Source of the DNA: Amycolatopsis sp.
GTDB lineage: Bacteria; Actinomycetota; Actinomycetes; Mycobacteriales; Pseudonocardiaceae
NCBI GenBank assembly: GCA_035551175.1
Contig: DASZNR010000154.1
Location: 17,194 to 81,193 of the forward strand
Length of the DNA: 64,000 nucleotides
Direction of reading: 5' to 3'
A program made the translations under genes and the position numbers. Under the pieces are notes generated by a model, which saw only the letters and a program-made list of their open reading frames with translations, had not been told where the DNA came from and did no database searches. Positions 37,181 through 45,068 of this stretch are shown here, one piece after another. Position 1 is the first letter of the stretch. Each line of letters starts with the position of its first letter.

Positions 37181-38215
37181 CTAGGTTGACTGGGCGAGGA
37201 TGTCCCGGCCCCGTTCGATCACTCCGGGCAGGCTCTCGGCCGCGGTGACGAGGCGGGCCTCGGGAGCGGCGCTGCGCCGGTTCCGCTTCACGAACACCGA
37301 CAGCGTCGCCGCCGCTTTGTAGTGGCAGTAGGCGAGAAACCACGGCAGGCCGGGGAGATCGTCGCCGCGGACCTCCTGGTAGGCGTCCAGCAAGGCGGCC
37401 CGCGACGGCATTCCGCGGCCCGCCCGAACGTTCGCCTCGTCGCGGTATTCGTGGAAGCGGTGCGGCGGATCGGTGTGCATCAGCAGCCAGGCGAGATCCG
37501 CCCGGGGATCGCCGACCGACCAGATCTCCCAGTCGATCACCGCGGCGAGCCGTTCCCCGGTGAACAGCATGTTGGCCAGCCGGTAGTCCCCGTGCGACAA
37601 GCACGGCGCGACCGGAGCCGGAACACGGGCGGCAAGCTCGCGGTAAAGCTGCTCGTGCCGGGGCGCGATTCCCGGGTCGACCGTGTCGAGCAGTCGCGCC
37701 CAGCGATCCAGTTCGTCGCGGACGGGTATCGCCCGCTCCCTCGGCGGCGGCACCTTCTGCAGCCGCGCGAGGGCCCGGGCCGCCGCGAGCACGCGGGCCG
37801 TGACCACGCTCGGCGACGGAGGTTGCGCAGTGACGTCCAGCAACGGTTCGTAGGACTGGCCCGGCACCAGGGTCATCGCGAACAGCGGCGGGCTGTCGTC
37901 GTCCTCGGCCAGCACCTCGGGTACCGGCACGCTGCCGTCCGCACCCAGCAGTCTCAGGATTCTGGCCTGGCGCAACACATCCCGGTTGCGCACCGGAGCA
38001 AGACCGGGCGGGGCCACCTTGAGCACCACACGGGTGTCGGGTCGCTCCGGCCGACGCAGAACCGAGGCGAAGGTCAGGCTGGAAACGCCGCCGGGCAGCC
38101 GGTGCAAGCCAGTCAGTTCGCTGCCGGGCCAGTGCCGCACCACCCGGCGGCGCAGTTGATCGTGATCGAGTTCCGGCACCGCCTCACTGTGTCCAGCGGG
38201 CCACCAAGCACGCAA
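37181..38215 (-). CDS. phosphotransferase-family kinase (APH fold, ACAD10/11-N-like)
   Basis: It has the catalytic loop SHGDYRLANML and DWE. The start is uncertain (TTG 38215 in the track; GTG 38179 is possible). It lies 18 nt upstream of the FadE2-type ACAD. Confidence 0.8.
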   Translation of the reverse strand: MRAWWPAGHSEAVPELDHDQLRRRVVRHWPGSELTGLHRLPGGVSSLTFASVLRRPERPDTRVVLKVAPPGLAPVRNRDVLRQARILRLLGADGSVPVPEVLAEDDDSPPLFAMTLVPGQSYEPLLDVTAQPPSPSVVTARVLAAARALARLQKVPPPRERAIPVRDELDRWARLLDTVDPGIAPRHEQLYRELAARVPAPVAPCLSHGDYRLANMLFTGERLAAVIDWEIWSVGDPRADLAWLLMHTDPPHRFHEYRDEANVRAGRGMPSRAALLDAYQEVRGDDLPGLPWFLAYCHYKAAATLSVFVKRNRRSAAPEARLVTAAESLPGVIERGRDILAQST

Positions 38216-38303
38216 CAGCCCGGCGACGCGGCACTGGAGATCTCGACAGTCGCCGCTTTGCGCGAACGCGAGACGTCCGGGCCAGGCGTGTTAGAAGCGG
38301 AGG

Positions 38304-39050
38304 ATGAACCGATTTCGTCTCGACGGCAAAGTCGCCATCGTGACCGGGGCGTCCTCCGGACTCGGTGTCGCGTTCGCCCTCGCTCTCGCCGAGGCAGGCG
38401 CTTCGGTCGCGCTCGGCGCCCGCCGCGAAGAGCAGCTCCGGGAAACCGCGCGGGCTGCCGGGAAGAACGCACTGGCAGTGCGCACCGACGTCACCGACAT
38501 CGACGACTGCAACGCACTCGTGGCCGCAGCGAAGCAGAAGTTCGGCAGGGTCGACATCCTGATCAACAATGCCGGCACGGGCGGGGAATACCACCCGGCG
38601 ACCGAAGACCCGCCGGAACAGTTCCGGTCGGTGGTGGAACTGAACCTCTTCGCGGCCTACTGGATGGCGCAGGCCTGCGGCCAGGTGATGGGGCCGGGTT
38701 CGTCGGTGGTCAACATTTCCAGCGTGATGGCGCTGACCACGGCGAAGATGCCCGCCGCCGGATACAGCGCGAGCAAAGCCGGGGTGCTGGGCCTCACCCG
38801 GGACCTCGCCGCGCAGTGGGGCCCGCGCGGGATCCGGGTGAACGCGCTGCTGCCCGGCGTCTTCCCCAGCGAGGCGACCGCGCACTACAGCGAGAACTAC
38901 CAGCGCAAGATCATCGACGCGAAGATCCCGCTCGGCCGGATCGGCGACCCGGCCGACGTCGCCGCGGCCGCCGTCTTCCTGGCCTCGGACGCGAGCGCCT
39001 ACATCACCGGGGTCAGCCTTCCGGTGGACGGCGGCGTGCTGATCAACTGA
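38304..39050 (+). CDS. SDR oxidoreductase
   Basis: 248 aa with TGASSGLG, NNAG, YSASKAG and ITGVSLPVDGG. Confidence 0.9.
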   Translation: MNRFRLDGKVAIVTGASSGLGVAFALALAEAGASVALGARREEQLRETARAAGKNALAVRTDVTDIDDCNALVAAAKQKFGRVDILINNAGTGGEYHPATEDPPEQFRSVVELNLFAAYWMAQACGQVMGPGSSVVNISSVMALTTAKMPAAGYSASKAGVLGLTRDLAAQWGPRGIRVNALLPGVFPSEATAHYSENYQRKIIDAKIPLGRIGDPADVAAAAVFLASDASAYITGVSLPVDGGVLIN

Positions 39051-39214
39051 CCCTCCGCCTTGCGCGGCGCGGTCACCGCCCGGAAACAGAACGCACACGC
39101 GGGCACCCGTGCTCCGGTTCGCGGGGCGAGCGGCACCGTCAGGCCGGGCATGGCGTTCACGCTGCAGATGCTGGGGTCGTGGCCGAGCGGGCGGCACAGG
39201 CACTGACATTCCAT
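38999..39214 (-). CDS. hypothetical small Cys-rich protein (71 aa), speculative
   Basis: ATG 39214. In the non-overlapping part about 85% of third positions are G/C by my count (47/55), which is coding-like. It has six Cys (CxCxC, C17, CxxC). Its last 17 codons overlap the convergent SDR 3' end, which argues against it. Confidence 0.25.
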   Translation of the reverse strand: MECQCLCRPLGHDPSICSVNAMPGLTVPLAPRTGARVPACAFCFRAVTAPRKAEGQLISTPPSTGRLTPVM

Positions 39215-39232
39215 CCGGCCATGCTTGCATCT

Positions 39233-39261
39233 TTGGTCCGATCATTATAAGTTTGGACCAA
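39233..39261. promoter_or_regulatory. inverted repeat TTGGTCC-N15-GGACCAA (class 2 operator)
   Basis: 7-bp perfect arms flank the AT-rich GATCATTATAAGTTT (-10-like TATAAG), 43 nt upstream of ATG 39304. It has the same GGTCC-N15-GGACC geometry as 32196-32220. Confidence 0.6.
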
Positions 39262-39303
39262 CTTGAGTGACGCACACCACTCGCTCATGGGAAGGGCACA
39301 CGC

Positions 39304-40929
39304 ATGTCAACGCCGACCGTGCGGGACCGCTATCGCGAGGACGAGATCCAGGCCTTCTACGAGGCCGGTTACTGGCACCGGGACGGATTGGCCGAACTCC
39401 TGGAAACCCGGAGCCGGACCCACGGCGCCAAAGTCTTCGTCTCCGACGGAACGACCAGCCGCAGTTACTCCGCGGTGCGTTCGCAGAGCCTGCGGCTGGC
39501 CGGCGGGCTGCGCGAACTGGGCATCGGGCGGGGCGACCGGGTCGCCGTCCAACTGCCCAACTGGACCGAGTTCGCCGTCATCGCCGCCGCCGTCAGCAGG
39601 CTCGGCGCGGTGCTGGTCCCGATCATGCCGATCTACCGGGCGACCGAGGTGGGCTACGTGCTCGGGCACTCCGGCGCCAAGGTCGCGATCACCTGCGAAG
39701 AGTTCAAGGGTTTCGGGCATCTGGAGATGTTCTCCGCGCTGCGCAAGGAAAATCCGGCGTTCGAATCGCTGGTCGTCGCACGCGGCCAGCACGGGTCCGC
39801 CGCCTCGCTCGACGACCTGATGGCCGGGCCGGAGCCGGACCTGGCCCCGCCGCCCTCGGCGGACGACGGGTTCCTCATCGTCTACACCTCCGGCACCACC
39901 TCGCGCCCCAAGGGCTGTTTCCACACCTTCAACACGCTGCGCGCCAGCGCCGAGGCCATCGCGAAATCCGTGCAGTACGCCGAGGATGACGTCCAGTTCG
40001 GCCCGTCTCCGGTCACCCACAGCACCGGGCTCGTGACCAGCGTGGTGCTGCCGCTCCTCGCGGGCGCGTCCTCGCACTTCATGGAGGCGTGGGAGCCGGA
40101 GGAAGGGCTGCAGCGCATCGCCAAGCACGGCTGCACTGCCGCGGTCACCGCGACGCCGTTCCTGCAGATGCTCACCGCCGCCCACGATTCCGATCGGCAC
40201 GACGCGAGCAGCCTGCGGCTGTGGGTGTGCGCGGGCTCGCCCATCCCCGGCTCGATCGTGCGCCGCGCGGCCGAGAAGTTCGCCGGCTGCCGGGTGCTGA
40301 GCCTGTACGGGCGCTCGGAGAACTTCCTGACCACCATGTGCACGCTGGACGATCCGCCGGACCGCTCGGCGACCTCCGACGGCAGCGCGGTCGCCGGAGC
40401 CGCGGTGAAGATCGTCGATGAGACCGGCGCCGAAGTGCCGCGCGGCACCGAGGGCGACATCGCCTACCACGGGCCCAGCCACATGCTGGAGTACTACCGC
40501 GACCCGGAACAGACTTCAGCATTGTTCACGGCTGAGGGGTATTCCCGCTCCGGCGATCTCGGTTTCATGGACGAGGACGGGTACGTGCGGGTCACCGGGC
40601 GGCTCAAGGACATCGTGATCCGCGGCGGCCTCAACATCAGCGCACGCGAGCTGGAGGATCTGCTGCTCGAACATCCCGCCGTCGGGGCGGTGGCCGTGGT
40701 CGGCATGCCGGACGAGCGGCTCGGCGAACGCGTCTGCGCCTACGTCGTGCCCGCGGGCGACGCGGCTCCGGCGCTCGCGGACCTGACCTCCTACCTCCGG
40801 GAGCGCGACGTCGCCACGCCGAAGCTCCCGGAACGGCTGGAGGTGGTCGCCGAACTGCCGATGACCGCCACCGGGAAAGTGCAGAAACACGTGCTGCGCG
40901 CCGAAATCAAAACCAAACTCGCCCAGTGA
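39304..40929 (+). CDS. acyl-CoA synthetase, AliA-like (paralog of 30502-32145)
   Basis: 541 aa with YTSGTTSRPKG, VPIMPIYR, GRLKDIVIRGGLNIS and TATGKVQKH. By eye it is about 60-70% identical to the paralog. Confidence 0.9.
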   Translation: MSTPTVRDRYREDEIQAFYEAGYWHRDGLAELLETRSRTHGAKVFVSDGTTSRSYSAVRSQSLRLAGGLRELGIGRGDRVAVQLPNWTEFAVIAAAVSRLGAVLVPIMPIYRATEVGYVLGHSGAKVAITCEEFKGFGHLEMFSALRKENPAFESLVVARGQHGSAASLDDLMAGPEPDLAPPPSADDGFLIVYTSGTTSRPKGCFHTFNTLRASAEAIAKSVQYAEDDVQFGPSPVTHSTGLVTSVVLPLLAGASSHFMEAWEPEEGLQRIAKHGCTAAVTATPFLQMLTAAHDSDRHDASSLRLWVCAGSPIPGSIVRRAAEKFAGCRVLSLYGRSENFLTTMCTLDDPPDRSATSDGSAVAGAAVKIVDETGAEVPRGTEGDIAYHGPSHMLEYYRDPEQTSALFTAEGYSRSGDLGFMDEDGYVRVTGRLKDIVIRGGLNISARELEDLLLEHPAVGAVAVVGMPDERLGERVCAYVVPAGDAAPALADLTSYLRERDVATPKLPERLEVVAELPMTATGKVQKHVLRAEIKTKLAQ

Positions 40930-42395
40930 CCGCGGAAACGTGGCGGGCGCTGCTGGACCAGGCGCCGGTGGTCGCCGGGTTCGGGAGCGCACACCTGCGC
41001 TGCCCCGGCGAAGTCAGCACCGGGATCAGCCACGACGCCGCGGGAACCGTCGTTTCCGTGCCGGTGGGCACGGCCGCGGTGCTCACCCTCACCGACCCCG
41101 CGTACATCACGGTCGACGACCAGGTGCTCGAACGCCTCACCGCGCTCGCCGCGCTGGCGTCCGCCGCGCTTGCCGAATCCGGTCGGCTCGCCGCGGAGAC
41201 GGCCGCCGAACGACGCTTGAGCGAACTCGTCGTCGGCCCCGGCGGCCTCGCCGCGCTAGTCGCCGCATGCGCCGAACTCACCGGCAAGGTCACCGCGCTC
41301 TTCGACGTCCAAGACCGGCTGATCGCGACGGAAAGCCCGCCCGGTGCAAGCCCGATCCGCCTGCGCTCCCTCGCCGAAATCGGGGAACGGGACGGCCTCG
41401 TGCCCGCGAGCCGGCACGGGCTCACCCGGCGGCATCTCGTCGTTCCCGCCGTCCATCGCGGCGAAACCTTCGGCTGGCTCGTGCTGGTCGAGCATCCTTC
41501 CGTGCTCCGTCCCGAGGACCGCCTCGTCGCGGAACGCACCGCTGTGCACGCGGGTACCGAGTTCGCGGTGCAACGCCGGGTCGCCGCGGCGGCGTGGAAC
41601 GCCCGTTCGTCGCTGGCGCGCCAGCTGATCCGGGGTTCCTCCACCATGGACGACCTGCGGGCGAGCGGCGAGTACCTCGGCGTCGACACCAAGGCCCGGC
41701 GGGTGCTCGCGTACGTCATCGGTTGCGCGAACGCCGAGCGGCTCGCGCACGCCGTCGAGGAACGGCTCGGTGCCGAGGTGCTGGCCACCCGGGGCTCGGA
41801 GGGCGTGTTGCTGCTGATCGAGGCGACCGAAACCGGCATGGCCGCGCGCACGAAGGCGGCTCTGCGCGCGGTCGCCGCCGAACTGCCGGGCTGCGCCGGC
41901 CTCGTCGCCGGAGTGTCGCCCGTGAGCGAACCGGCCAAACTCGGGCGCGCGTATCGGGAGGCGCAGGAGGCGGCGCGGTGTGTGAACCGGTTCGTCGGTC
42001 CGTCGTCGCCGCGAGTGCTGGCCGCCGACGATCTCGGCCCGGCCCGGCTGTTCGTCGCGAACAGTGCGGTCGCGGCCGTTCGCGAGTACCTGCACGACAT
42101 TCTCGGCCCGCTGCTGACCGGCGAGACCGCCGAAGCGGATCTGCTGTCGACCTTGCAACAGTTCTTCGACAGCGGCCGCAGCGTACGCGTGTCGGCCGCG
42201 CGGCTGGGCGTGCACGAGAACACCGTCCGGCTGCGGCTGGCGCGGGTGCGCCACGCCACCGGGCTCGACGTCGCAGCCGATGCGAACGATCAGCTCAGCG
42301 TGCAGACGGCCTTGCTCGTGCTGCGGTTGCAGGGACATCCGGCGCTGCCGTCGTTCGACGAGGGCCTATCCGACCACGGAAGGAAAACAGCGTGA
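40926..42395 (+). CDS. PucR/CdaR-family transcriptional regulator
   Basis: GTG 40926 overlaps the ligase stop (GTGA). The C-terminal PucR-type HTH is SVRVSAARLGVHENTVRLRLARV. Confidence 0.8.
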   Translation: MTAETWRALLDQAPVVAGFGSAHLRCPGEVSTGISHDAAGTVVSVPVGTAAVLTLTDPAYITVDDQVLERLTALAALASAALAESGRLAAETAAERRLSELVVGPGGLAALVAACAELTGKVTALFDVQDRLIATESPPGASPIRLRSLAEIGERDGLVPASRHGLTRRHLVVPAVHRGETFGWLVLVEHPSVLRPEDRLVAERTAVHAGTEFAVQRRVAAAAWNARSSLARQLIRGSSTMDDLRASGEYLGVDTKARRVLAYVIGCANAERLAHAVEERLGAEVLATRGSEGVLLLIEATETGMAARTKAALRAVAAELPGCAGLVAGVSPVSEPAKLGRAYREAQEAARCVNRFVGPSSPRVLAADDLGPARLFVANSAVAAVREYLHDILGPLLTGETAEADLLSTLQQFFDSGRSVRVSAARLGVHENTVRLRLARVRHATGLDVAADANDQLSVQTALLVLRLQGHPALPSFDEGLSDHGRKTA

Positions 42396-43090
42396 AGCTC
42401 AAGGCACTGGTCACCGGGGCGGCCCGCGAGGGCGGGATCGGGCAGGCGATCGCGGCGCGGCTGGCGGCCGACGGCGTCGTGGTCGAGACGCTGGACCGCG
42501 AGCCGGGCTGCACCTACCAGGCCGACATCGCCGCCGGCGAGCTTCCCGCGCTGGACGACATCGACGTCTACGTCGGCAACGCCGCACTCACCACGATGTT
42601 CGGTTCCGCGCACCGGTTTTCCCTGGAGCGTTGGGAGAAGGACCTGGCAGTCAACCTGACCGGCACGTTCCGGGTGCTTCAGGCCTGCCTGCGCGGGATG
42701 CGAGAGCGCGGGTTCGGCCGCGTAGTGCTGGTCTCCAGCACCGCCGGCACGCAGGGCCTGCCCGGTCAGGTCTCGTACAGCACCAGCAAAGCCGGGCTGC
42801 TGGGGATGATGAAGACAGTCGCGGCGGAGAACGTCACCGCCGGGATCACGGCCAACGCCGTCCTGCCGGGCATGACCGCCAGCTCCGGCGTGCTGTCGAT
42901 GCCGCCGGACATCGTCGACGCCTGGCGGGAAAGCATGCCGGGCGGCCTGGTGCGGCCCGAGGACATCGCCGAAGCGGTCGCCTTCTTCGCCTCGCCCGCC
43001 GCGTCGCGGGTGACCGGCCAGGTGCTCACCGTCGACGGCGGCGACAGCCTCAACATCCGATCGGTCACGTCGCCGAAGGTGCGGAGCTGA
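42392..43090 (+). CDS. SDR oxidoreductase
   Basis: GTG 42392 overlaps the regulator stop and is preceded by GGAAGGAAAA. Motifs are VTGAAREGGIG, YSTSKAG and VTGQVLTVDGG. Confidence 0.85.
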   Translation: MKLKALVTGAAREGGIGQAIAARLAADGVVVETLDREPGCTYQADIAAGELPALDDIDVYVGNAALTTMFGSAHRFSLERWEKDLAVNLTGTFRVLQACLRGMRERGFGRVVLVSSTAGTQGLPGQVSYSTSKAGLLGMMKTVAAENVTAGITANAVLPGMTASSGVLSMPPDIVDAWRESMPGGLVRPEDIAEAVAFFASPAASRVTGQVLTVDGGDSLNIRSVTSPKVRS

Positions 43091-43092
43091 TC

Positions 43093-44070
43093 ATGCGGGG
43101 CTTTCTTGTCACCGAACTGACCGGCCCCTCCGGCGGCTCCGTCGCCGAGGTGCCCGAGCCCGACGGCGCGCATCCCTGGGCGGACGGGCGGCTGCTGATC
43201 GAGGTGCACGCGGCCGGAGTGTCCTTTCCGGACCTCCTGCAGACCCGAGGCCAGTACCAGCACGGCGCGCCGCCGCCGTACGTCGCGGGCGGCGAAGTGG
43301 CCGGGGTCGTAAGGGAGGCCCCTGCGGGCTCCGGCTTGCGACCGGGAGACCGGGTGGCGAGCCTGTCGGTCTGGGGCGCGCTCGCCGAGCGCGCGCTTGC
43401 GATCCCGCACTACACGGTGAAACTGCCAGACGATTTCGACTTCACCGCGGGCGCAGCGCTGTACCTCAACTACGCGACCGCGTGGTTCTCCTTGCACCGC
43501 GTCGGATTCCAACGGGGTGAGCAGGTGCTGGTGCACGGTGCGTCCGGCGGTGTCGGCACCGCGACCCTCCAACTGGTGCGCGCGCTGGGCGGGCATCCGA
43601 TAGCCGTTGTCTCCACAGTGGACAAAGAACGCGTCGCGAGGGAGGCCGGTGCCGAGGAGGTGCTGCGCACCGGCGACGACTGGCCGGAGAAGGTCCGGCA
43701 GCTGACCGGCGGCGGCGCGCAGATCGTCGTCGATCCCGTCGGCGGCGACCGGTTCACCGATTCCCTCCGCTGCCTCGACGTCGGCGGACGGCTGGCCGTG
43801 GTCGGCTTCGCCGCCGGGACGATCCCGACGGTGAAGGTGAACCGGCTGCTGCTGCGGGACCTGAGCGTAGTCGGCGTGGCGCTGGACCCCTACGTGGCGA
43901 GATTCCCCTCCGTGGTCCGGAATTTGGCGCGCGAGCTGGAGAACCTGGCGGCCTCGGGCGCGATCCGGCCGCTCGTCGGGCACGTCCTCGACCTAGCCGA
44001 AGCGCGCCGGGCCCTGGAACTGCTCGACACCCGGCGGGCCACCGGCAAGGTGGTCGTGCGGATCCGCTGA
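43093..44070 (+). CDS. NADPH:quinone-oxidoreductase-like MDR (paralog class of 33132-34112)
   Basis: ATG 43093 gives 325 aa with VHGASGGVGT and the C-terminal GKVVV. Confidence 0.85.
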   Translation: MRGFLVTELTGPSGGSVAEVPEPDGAHPWADGRLLIEVHAAGVSFPDLLQTRGQYQHGAPPPYVAGGEVAGVVREAPAGSGLRPGDRVASLSVWGALAERALAIPHYTVKLPDDFDFTAGAALYLNYATAWFSLHRVGFQRGEQVLVHGASGGVGTATLQLVRALGGHPIAVVSTVDKERVAREAGAEEVLRTGDDWPEKVRQLTGGGAQIVVDPVGGDRFTDSLRCLDVGGRLAVVGFAAGTIPTVKVNRLLLRDLSVVGVALDPYVARFPSVVRNLARELENLAASGAIRPLVGHVLDLAEARRALELLDTRRATGKVVVRIR

Positions 44071-44096
44071 CCGGCACGACCACCGTGCGCGGGGCG

Positions 44097-45068
44097 TCAG
44101 CCGCGTTTGACCAGCGGCAGCTCGGGCCGCCGATCCGAGACCCCGGCCTTGTCCGCGAGTTCGCCGGACACCGTGCCGGACGAGAAGAACTCGTGGAAGA
44201 CCGGGTTGAACAAGTCCGGCCGGTCGGTCTGGCCCTGGTGCCCGCAGTCGTCGGGGTAGAAGAACTGGACGTTCGGCAGGTGGTCCTCCTGCGTGTAGCC
44301 CCATTCGACCGGCGTCAGGATGTCCTGGCGGCCGTAGAGGTAGATGCCGGGGATGTCGAGCCGGTCGAGACGGCCCTTGGTGACCAGCCGCGCGGCGCGG
44401 TTCTGGTCCGTCCACGGCGCGAGGTGGCGGTACTGCAGCAGCGTCGGCCAGAACTGCCGGTGCGCCTCCATCCGGTCGCGGGCCGACCGGAACCGCATCT
44501 CCACGAGGTCGTCGCTGACCGCCTCGGTGCGGTGGATGATCGACTCCATCATCGAGCGCATGCCCTCGCGCGTGCCGTCGTAGGCGGTCATGTGGAACTG
44601 GCCGCGCGGCGGCGGGACGTCCTCGGGCACGACGTCGCCGATGTCGCCGGCGATCAACGCGAAGCTGGCCACCCGGTCCGGATGCGCCACCGTGTAGTTC
44701 ACCGTGTTCATGCAGCCCATCGAGTTGCCCGCGAGGTGGAACCGGTCCAGGCACAGCGCGTTCGCGAACTCGTGGACGAAATCGACGAAGTCCTCCATCC
44801 CGCGCGGCCAGTGTTCCGGGCGCGGGTCGGAGAGGCCGAACGCCGGCATGTCCGGGCAGTACACGCGGAAGCCGCGCTCGCCGAGATACGGGGCCATGAA
44901 CCGCCAGCCCGCCAGCCCGGAGGACCCGGGAAGCCCGCCGTGCAACAGGATCACGGCCGGGCCGGCGTCCCCGGCGGTCATGTAGTGCGCCCGCGCGCCG
45001 CTGGCCAGGCGGACCCACCGGCTCGCCAGTCCCGGCACCTCGACCAGGTCTTCGCTCGTCAACGTCAT
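44097..45068 (-). CDS. alpha/beta-fold hydrolase (C-C bond / meta-cleavage-product hydrolase-like)
   Basis: ATG 45068 overlaps the upstream stop (ATGA). It has the HGGLPG oxyanion region, the nucleophile elbow GNSMGC and a C-terminal His (DDCGHQGQ). Confidence 0.85.
   Translation of the reverse strand: MTLTSEDLVEVPGLASRWVRLASGARAHYMTAGDAGPAVILLHGGLPGSSGLAGWRFMAPYLGERGFRVYCPDMPAFGLSDPRPEHWPRGMEDFVDFVHEFANALCLDRFHLAGNSMGCMNTVNYTVAHPDRVASFALIAGDIGDVVPEDVPPPRGQFHMTAYDGTREGMRSMMESIIHRTEAVSDDLVEMRFRSARDRMEAHRQFWPTLLQYRHLAPWTDQNRAARLVTKGRLDRLDIPGIYLYGRQDILTPVEWGYTQEDHLPNVQFFYPDDCGHQGQTDRPDLFNPVFHEFFSSGTVSGELADKAGVSDRRPELPLVKRG

Noticed and set aside
38237-38244. Palindrome GAGATCTC (and the flanking CGGCGAC/GTCGCCG repeat) in the kinase/SDR divergent gap, considered as an operator.
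   Set aside because: 8-bp palindromes are expected by chance hundreds of times in 64 kb. I found no second copy in other promoter gaps.
44071-44096. Possible terminator hairpin between the convergent QOR (stop 44070) and hydrolase (stop 44097) genes.
   Set aside because: Only short imperfect complementarity (CGGCACG...CGTGCGCG) is present and there is no T-tract. That is too weak to call.
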